In this document: positions 54,851 through 64,000 of the stretch, one piece after another
Layout: every line of letters begins with the position of its first letter
Position numbering within the stretch: position 1 is the first letter of the stretch
From: the human T2T-CHM13v2.0 reference genome, Homo sapiens
Strand: one strand, 5' to 3'
Assembly (NCBI RefSeq): GCF_009914755.1
Contig: NC_060934.1
DNA length: 64,000 nt
Translations under genes and position numbers: made by a program
The notes under the pieces: generated by a model
What the model was told of the DNA's origin: nothing
Database searches by the model: none
Seen by the model: only the letters and a program-made list of their open reading frames with translations

Positions 54851-57800
54851 TGGGCCTATTCTGTCTAGTAACGTTTTACCTTCTGGTGAGGGTGTGGGGA
54901 GAGAAGCTTTGGCAGGGTCAGTGAGGCCCCGCAGCAGAGCCCTGGTGATGAAAGACACTTTTGTATGGTACCCGAAGGCTTAACTTCACTCCTGATTGTG
55001 AGTGGATTGTGTGTGGTAGTGGTGGAGCCCTTGCAGAACCGCCAGAGAGACGGTGCTAGTTGTGTGTGTGCCTATGTAAACCTACAATAGCTAAGGTCAT
55101 CTTTTGAAATGTAGAACAGGGATTGCACATTGACTTTGCGCTTCAAGTATTTGCAGGTTATTACCTTAGTTTTTACTCCCTTTGTGCGTGCCGTGATTAT
55201 CTTGGTTTAAACTCGTACGTGGCAAGAAATTTTTTAATGAATGTTTAAGTTTCTGTGAAAATTGTGTATTTCTCAAATTGTATTTTTTGGCTTTTAATAG
55301 GGTCACTTTGTTTTCTGGGTCTCTGTTTTGACTTACGGGAAATGCTATTTGTTTTCTCTACATTTTCTTCATTTAAAAAAAACCTGTAACTTCAGGAGTT
55401 CAAGACCAACCTGGGCAACCTCATCCCTGGAGGAGGGGGGAACCCCCACAAAACCACAACTATAACTGGCTGCTACTTAGGACTATAGGAGATCTTTTTT
55501 CCAAAGTGGAAATAGCTTTATTTCACCCAGATTATGTTTATTTAAAATTTCAGATAATATATAAAGCTGTAAAAAGTAAAGCAAAAACTACCTGTACTTG
55601 TCCCATCCAAAGATAACTTCATAGAATATTTGATTATCTACTGTGGTGCTAGGAGCTCTGTTGGACCCTGGGGACTTTGGTGAACAGACAATGCCTGCCT
55701 CTATAAACCTTACATTCTGCTGGGGAAAATAGACCTCTCCCAACCCACCAAAAAGTAAATTTATAATAATTCTATGTTCTAATGCTTTAAAGAAAACACT
55801 TGCAGCAGGGTAATCCGAGGTTTATCTGAGTGGATGACTTAAATAGATGTCACTAAAGGAACAGAAAGAGCTCAACCATGGGAGGAATGGGGAGAAAAAA
55901 AAAAGAATTCTGGTCAGAAATAACAGCATGCACAAAGGCCTTAAAAGAGGAAAAAGCTATAAAAAGAAAAATCCATGTAGCTGCCACTCAGTAGTAAGTC
56001 AGGGAAAAGTAGAGCAAGATGAGGTATAGGAAATTGGCAGGGACCAAATTTTACTTGTCCATGGCCAGGAGGGTGTGTTTTGTGTTCTGAGGGCAGTGAG
56101 AGGGTACTGAGGGGCTTTAATTAGAAATAAAGTGATCTGGAAAACTAATTGATTAATTTGTTAAGTAAATATTTATTGAAACCCTACTGTATAACAGGCA
56201 CTGTTCTGAGCACTGGCATACAACATTGAAAAGGACAAAGCCCTGTATTCATGAAACTAATCTAGTGGTTGGAGGACAATCAGATAAACAAGAAAAAATA
56301 CCAGATATTGATAAGTGTGCAGAAGATGACCATTGTTTAAATTGTGGTTTATATTCTTTAAGATATGGTATATTACACATATACTTCTTTTGGAACTTTC
56401 TCCTGAATAATTTATGGTAGGACATTTTTCACTGTTACTAAATAGTTTTCTTTGGGGGCATCTTAATTTGTTTTTGGATTAAGTATGGTAAAAAATAGCA
56501 TGCATAAATGAAGAAATACTGTGCAGCAACAAAAATTTGCATGTTACAAAGCATCTGGTGAACGTTATATAGTAACTTCCTTTTGACAGTCTGACATGTG
56601 GCTCTCCTACCCCCATCCCAGACCCCAGCTGCCCCTTTGTGGTTTTTTATTTTGACCTATTAGTATGGTTAAATTTATGGATTTACTATTTATTGAACCA
56701 TTTTTGCATCTTGGAATGAGCCCTAATTGATCTGTTATTATTTTAATGTCCTGATGGATTTACTTTGCCAATGCATATATTTAGGATTTTTATATCAATA
56801 TTCATAAGAGATCAGTCTATAGTTGTTGTTTTTTAATGTGTTTTGTCTAGTTTTGGTATTCGCATCTGATTGCTTTGTAAAAACAATTGAGAAGTTTCAT
56901 TTCTTTTTCTGAGTTTCGGAACAGATTAAATAGCCAAGTATTATTTATTCTTCAGTTACCAAATTCATATTTACTAAACACTATGTGCTAGGAATTGGAC
57001 TGGATGCTGAGTAATCAGTAGTAAACAAAACAGATATGGTTCCTGCCGTGATATTGCTTGGCTCATTAAGGAAAATGACATTAATGAAGAAACTACACAT
57101 ATGTAATTATAAATCATGCAAGAAAAGGACAGGATGCTTTGAGATAATATCATTGAAGATCTTTAGATTGTGCTTTTTATGCATTTGAGTAAATGACTAT
57201 TGAGTACATACATATACACTAATAGCTAATTATTTAAATTAGTATGTATTGATTTGGTGTGTAATTAGGGCTGTGGTGGGTGCATTAGTAAAATGAGGTC
57301 TTCATAATTACACAAAATATAAAATAATGGCAATAGTAGCTACCATTGTAGGAGGTAGCTGCATCATTTTTTAATGGTAGAAATTAAGACAGGTTAAGTA
57401 GACACTTTTAGTCTAACATGTTCAATTGTATACACTCTTTGGAAGTCTCTCTTAAGATTATAGTAAAAGAATAAGGATATAAATCCACAAAGATCAAGAG
57501 GAGGTGAGAGGAAGATATAGCTGAAATCAGTATTTGGGAAACTAGAAAGGAGATGGGCAAGTAATAAATGATTTCATGAATTAGAGAATGCTGAAAGCTG
57601 AAGAGAGGTAACCCAGCAAGGAGCAAGCAGATTCTTTCCACAGAATCTGGAAAAGTTTTAGGAATTGGGGGTATCAAGTACAGGACTTCTGAAGTCAAGA
57701 ATTACAGGATGGGGTGGGAATAGAAGGGTTGGTTGATGGTCTTTATCATTTTGATACCCTGGAACCCCTTCTCCACTCCCACACACCCAGACAACTACTC

Positions 57801-58164
57801 TCTCCTCTACCTTGACAGAAGACTGAAGGTTTATACCCAGGAGACTAGGAGGCTCCAGATGGTTAAGGTGGGGGTGAAGCACCTAAATGAAAATGAGGAT
57901 TGAGTGAAAGTCAGGTCAACATGCTGAACCTAGAGCGGTTGTCTTTTTTTGATTGGCTTCCAAACTATCAGGCTTACGTGCCCCTCAACAAAACATTAAC
58001 GGATTCTTAGCTGGGGAAACTTACCAGCCCATGGCACAGTATTTAACAGATATGAACTATGGAAATTCACCCGATTGAACAGTTGGATCCATCAGATCAC
58101 CTGGAGAGTACAGCCGCTGGTCAGGAAGCATTGTTCACGTACCACAGCTTCTAGTCAACTTTTA

Positions 58165-58456
58165 TTTCATTTTTTGAGACAGGGCCTCACTCTGTCACCC
58201 AGATTGAAGTGCAGTAGCGCCATCATAACTCACTATAGCGTTGAACTCCTGGGCTCAAGCCATCCTCCCACCTCAGCCTCCTGGGTAGCCGGGAATACAG
58301 GCGTATGCCCCCACGTCCAGCTGATATTTTTATTTTTTGTAGAGATGGGGTCTCACTATGTTGCCAGGCTGGTCTTCAACTCCTGGGCTTGTGATCTTCC
58401 TGCCTTGGCTTCCCAAAGTACTGGGATTACAGGTGTGAGCCACTGGTGCCTGGCCC
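58165..58456 (-). mobile_element. AluJ-like
   Basis: Alu consensus match. Confidence 0.88.
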
Positions 58457-60324
58457 TAGTCAGCTTTTAAATGCCTCACATTTGAGTATAAATGTACAGC
58501 CAAGGGTTGCCTGCCATAGAATGAAAGTCTCTAATGAAAAAGAGACCAAGTAGGAAATAAAAGGAGCTGAGTATAAATAGATTTACTTCAGGGAACAGAA
58601 GAAACTTCAACAAATAAAACTAGTATCTTTAAAGAGAAGATATTACATCTGTGAAAGATGAAAAAGTTTATATAAAAAAAACTGCTGCGACAGAAGAAAT
58701 TTCTTAAAAATTTAATACAAGGTTTAGATAATAAAGCTGAAGAATTCTCCCCAAAAAACCAGAAGAGCACAAGAATTAGAAAATAAGAGTGAAATGATGA
58801 GAAAATTAGAGGGCCAACCAAGGAGGTTCTTCATCTAATACAGTGGAAGGAAACTATCTGTGTCCCAGAACTGAAGAAGGTGACTTTCTAGATTGAAAGG
58901 GCCTATTAAGCGCCCTGATCAATAAAACAGAAACAAACAAAAAATAAACAAAACTTCATTGTACCGAATGTATAGTTCCAAAAGGAACAAGACCAGATTG
59001 ATTTTCTTCCTACTTCTGAAAAGAAGAATGGGGGCAGAGAACGAGGTGCTAGCTCTTAAACTGCATTTTAACAAATTCAGGGAAAAAGGAAACCTTCTTA
59101 ACTTTAAATTGTATGCAAGTGCTGTTAGGTATCCCCAGTGGGAAGTTCCAACAGTTCTGTGACAAAGATAAAGTTGCGCAGAAGAAGCATATTTCAGGTA
59201 TCTCCAGCAACTTATTCATATCCAGAATCAGCCCTATCCAAAGAGAGAAGTCTCGTATACCTGGCTAAGACTGAGGAGCCATATGGTATCAAGGAAGGAG
59301 AAAGCAGAATGAGAAAGTGCCTGGGTGGGGCATGGGGGAGGCAGAGATCTTAGTGCTAATAAAGTACTCCTAGAAATGAGTGCATAACCTTGGAAAGCAA
59401 GGGTTGTGTCTCTAAGAGGCAAGCAGAGCTGGCAATAAAGGCCCTCCTGAACCAGATTACATTTGGAGATTAGATAAGGAACAAGGCACCATATTATAAA
59501 ACAGCAGTCCTCTGATTTAGGAACAGAGGGAACCCTAAAGAAACATGACAAGTGCCCTACCCCTCCCTACACCCTGAATCTTCTGATAACAGTCCAGGAT
59601 AATTCATCTCATTCAGACATGTATAACAAAAATAGTATGTACAGCATCCATACAGTGACTGTCTGGTAGATGGTATTTTTTATGTTTTATGTTGGTTTTT
59701 TGTTCTTTTATATTATTTTTATTATTGAAGATATAATTCACATGCCATAAAATTCACCATTTTAAAGTGTACAGTTGACTGGCTTTTAATTTATTCCCAA
59801 GGTTGTGCAATGATCACCACTACCAATTGCATTATTGACCCTAGTGCTTTACTTTTCCTTATGTTCACTCCATGACCCTATGCAGTTCCTTTCATTAAAG
59901 TGACAGAGATATTTCCCTACTCCTTGACTTTGTGTTTGGCTATGTGACTTGCTAAGGTAAAAGTGATAACATATCAGTTTCAAGCCTAAGCCTTAAGAGG
60001 CCTTGGGTATTTTTATTTGTTCTCTTTCTATCTGTGCCATTTCCATGAGAAAAACATGTCTCTGCTAGCTCATTGGTTGAGGGAAGATGAGAGATAGGAG
60101 AGTGAGGGCCACCCCAGCTGAGTTAAGCTGAATTCAATGAACACTGTAGAGATGTGAGTGATAAAAAAATGATTGTGGTTGTAAGCCAGTGAACTTCAGG
60201 ATGGTCTGTTAATAAACATTAGTTAACCGAACAGTTATATGATTAAAAATAAAAAAAGAGAGAGAAAAACCACAATTTTCTACAGACGATATTTTTCAAA
60301 ACAATATTAGCAGAAAATAAATCA

Positions 60325-60530
60325 CAAGTGGTCAAGCTACTGCCTGTGGTCTTGCCTATTTTTGTAAATAAAGTTATATGGGGACATGGTCATTCCTATT
60401 TATGCATTTTCTATGGCTGTTTTTATGCTCTACCGGTAGAGATGAGTAGTTGTGACAGAGACCGTGTGGTTCATAATCCTAAAGTATTTATTTTCTGACC
60501 CTTTATGAAAAAGTTTGCTGACCTTTTGAA
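60325..60530 (+). mobile_element. MER58A-like DNA transposon
   Basis: tttgtaaataaagtt...gagtagttgtgacagagacc...aaagtttgctgacc. Confidence 0.7.
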
Positions 60531-60579
60531 GTAGATGGAAAATGTGACCTAAGGTTTTAATACAAATTTTAAAATAAAT

Positions 60580-61340
60580 TTATATACCACATCATACCCA
60601 TTAAGATAGCTGTAATCAAAAAGACAGATAATAACAAGTGTTGGTAATGCTGTGAAAAAATTGGAACCTTCTGTATACTGCTGGTGGGAATATAAAATGG
60701 TGCAGCCACTTTGAAATCAGCCTGGCAGTTTCTCAGATGAGCAGACACAGATTTACTGGAAGAGCAAGCCATTCTACTCTAAGGTATATACGTAAGAGAA
60801 ATGAAAACATGTTCACATAAAAACTTATACATGAATGCTCATAGCATAATTATTCATAATAGCCAAAATGTAGAAACAACCCAAATGTGCATCAGTTGAT
60901 GGATAAACAAAATGTAGTATATCCACAAAGTGGAATATTATTTGGCATAAAAAGGTATGAAATATTGATATATGCTTTAACATGGATGAACTTCAAAAAC
61001 AGGCTAAGTGAAAGAAGCCAATCATGAAGGACCGCGTGCTGTATGACTCTGTTTATAGGAAATGGTCTGGAATAGGCAAATCTGTAGAGACCGAAAGTAA
61101 ATTATGGTTTCCTAGGCCTAGGAACCAGTGAGGGGTGAGGAGGATAGCTAAGGGGTAGAAGGTTTCTTTGGGGATAATGAAAATACTCTAAAATTGATTG
61201 TGGTGAAGGTTGCACAATTCTGTGGATATACTAAGCACAATTCTGTGGATATACTAAAAGCAATTGAATTGTACACTTTATGTGGGTGAATTGTATGCCG
61301 TATGAATTATATCTCAACATTGTATTAGAAAATAAAATTA
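60580..61340 (+). mobile_element. L1M(B)-type 3' end
   Basis: aagacagataataacaagtgttgg...acccaaatgtgcatca..., then an A-rich end. Confidence 0.8.
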
Positions 61341-61624
61341 ATGAAGCATAGAAGTTACGGAGAACTACTGGAAAGAAGAAATACAAGAACTCAAGGAAGA
61401 GACAGCCAGACAACAGTAGAGTGTGAAATGGGAACCAGCAGAAAAAAAGAAATAGAGAAAAATGATCAAGCCATTTCAGAAGTACACAAGGGAGACTAGA
61501 CACCATGGCAAAGATCATAAAAGTAGAAATGAAATTTTATGGTAAGTATATTTTACCACAATTTTGATAATGCAAAGAAAGAAAACAAAAGATAGACAGG
61601 AGAAAAATGAGTAAAACAGGTACA

Positions 61625-64000
61625 CATTTATTTTTATTGATGCGTAATAGATGTACACAGTTTTAGGATACATGTGATAATACAGTCATATAATTTGTAG
61701 AGATCAAGTCAGTGTAGTTGGGTCATCTGTTACCTTAAATATTTCTCTTTTCTTTGTGCTAGAACCACTCAAATTCTATTCATTTTGAAATATATAATAG
61801 ATTGTAAACTACAGTCAACCTACTGATCTAACACTAGGTCTTCTATCAAACCATATATTTATACCCATTAATCAACTTCTCTTTATTCCTTCCTTCCTCC
61901 TACCCTTTCCAGCCTCTCATAACCACCAAATCTACTCTCTATTTTCATGAAATCCACTTTTGTAGCTTCCACATATGAGTGAGAGTATGTGATATTTGTC
62001 TCTGTGTGCTTGGCTTATTTCACTTAACATAAAGACCTACAGTTGCATCAGTGTTGCTGAAAATAGCAGGATTTTATTTTTTTTTTATGGCTGAATAATA
62101 TTGCATTGTGTATACTACATTTTCTTTATTCATCTGTTGATGGACACTGAGGTTGATTTTATATTTTGGCTGTTGTGAATAGTGTTGCAGTAAATACGGG
62201 AGTGCAGATGTCTTTTTGATATGTTGATTTTCTTTCTTTTGGATATATACCCAGTAGTGGAATTGCTGGATCATATGGTAGTTCTGTTTTTATTTTTTTG
62301 AGAAAGCTCTGTACTCTTTTCCATAGTGGCTATACTAACTTAAATTTCTACCAGCAGTGTATAAGGGTTCCCCCTTCTCCATATCTTCGCCGGCATTCAT
62401 TATTGCTTGTCCTTTTAGTAAAAGCCATTTTAACTGGGGCGAGATGATGTCTCGTAGTTTTGATTTGCTTTTCTCTGATCATTCATGATGTTGAGGATTT
62501 TTTCATACACCTCTTGGCCATTTTTATGTCTTCTTTTGAAAAATGTTTATTCAGATCTTTTGCCTGTTTTTTAATTGGATTATTTGTGGGGGTGTGTCTG
62601 TGTGTGTGTGTGTGTGTGTGTTTGCTTGCTTGCTTGCTTGCTTCCTTGCTGTTGAGTTGTTTGAGCTCCTTATATATTCTGGTTGTTAATCTTTTGGCGG
62701 GTGAGTAGTTTGCAAATATTTTCTCCCATTCTGTGGGTTGTCTCTTTACTTCATTGTTTCCTTTGCTGTGCAGAAGCTTTTTTTTTTAGCTTGATGTAAT
62801 CCCATTTGTCTATTTTTGCTTTGGTTGCCTGTGCCTTTGAGGCCTTAAACAAAAAAAGTTTGGCCAGACTAGTATCCTGGAGTGTTTTCCCAGTGTTTTC
62901 TTCTGGTAGTTTCATAGTTTTGGGTCTTAGATGCTTAGATGTAAGTCTTAAATCCATTTTGATTTGAATTTTGTATATGGTCAGATTGTTTTGTTCTTCT
63001 GCATGTAGTTATCCAGTTTTCCCACCACCGTTTATCAAAGAGACTGTCCTTTTCCCATTGTATGTTTTAGCTCCTTTGTCGATGATGAGTTGGCTCTATA
63101 TGGATTTACACCTGGGTTCCCTGTTCTGTTCCTTTGGTCTGTGTTTTGTTTTTATGCCAGTGCTGTAGCTTTGTAGTAAATTTTGAAGTCAGGTAGTGTG
63201 ATGCCTCCAGCTTTGTTGTTTTTGCTTAGTATTGGTTTGGCTATTCAGGATCTTTTGTGGTTCCATATACATTTTAGGATTTGTTTTCTATTTCTGTGAA
63301 GAAGAATGTCATTGGAATTTTGATAGGGATTGATTGCATTGAATCTGTAAATTGGCTTTGGGTAGTATTCAACAATATGAATTCTTCCAGTCCCTGAGCA
63401 TAGAGTATCTTTCTATTTTTTAATGTCCACTTCAATTTCTTTCATCATTGTTTTATAGTTTTTCTTGTATAGATCTTTCACTTCTTTGGCTAAATTGATT
63501 CCTAGGTATGTTATATTCTTTGTAGCTATTGTAAATGGGATTGCTTTCTTGATTTCTTTTTCAGATTGCTTGCAGTTGGTGTATACCAACGCTACCGATT
63601 TTTGTATGTTGATTTTGTATCCTGCAACTTTACTGAATTTGTTTATCAGTTCTAACAATTTTTTTGGTGGAGTCCAGGTTTTTCTAAGTATAAGATCACG
63701 TTATCTGTGAACAGGCTTATTTGACTTCTTCTTTCTGATTTGGATGCCCTCTATTTCTTTCTCTTGCCTAATTGCTCTGCCCAGTACTTCCAGTACTATA
63801 TTGAATAAAAGTGGTGAAAGTAGGCATCCTTGTCTTGTTCCATATCTTAGAGGAAGGGCTTTCAATTGTTCCTTGTTCAGGATGATGTTTGCTATTGGTT
63901 TGTCATATATGGCCTTTATTACTTGAGATACGTTCCTTCCATACCCAGTTTGATGAGGGTTTTTTAAAATCATAAACAGATGTTAAATCTTATTAAATGC
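61625..64000 (-). mobile_element. L1 (L1MA-like), 3'UTR into the ORF2 RT region, running off the window
   Basis: ORF fragments [20 protein letters not shown] and LELINKFSKVAGYKINIQKS are L1 RT; frame is broken. Confidence 0.92.

Overview
Primate (very likely human) genomic DNA, rich in Alu, L1 and ERV sequence. The left half holds the complete six-exon ASB13 gene on the minus strand. Its spliced CDS is 837 nt (278 aa, ankyrin repeats plus a C-terminal SOCS box), with the ATG at 28347, the stop at 2571, a ~1.9 kb 3'UTR ending at twin AATAAA signals near 675-694, and a CpG-island promoter near 28.4 kb. About 18 kb further on, a divergent CpG-island promoter and first exon on the + strand (about 46630-46971) most likely belong to TASOR2/FAM208B; that name rests on recalled synteny only. 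A second CpG island with a strong donor at 54719/54720 looks like an alternative first exon. The main oddities are: (i) an apparently two-way templated exchange between the intron-5 Alu and the ASB13 3'UTR (exact 55-nt and 19-nt copies about 2 kb apart); (ii) a ~57-copy 16-bp minisatellite starting at the exon-4 splice donor, packed with forkhead and CACCC motifs and open in frame for about 70 codons; (iii) a tiny TSD-flanked poly(A) insertion; (iv) two old intra-gene duplications; (v) class III ERV pieces in opposite orientations; (vi) a promoter-proximal repeat rich in p53-like half sites. Repeat family names come from recalled consensus sequences, and their boundaries are approximate.
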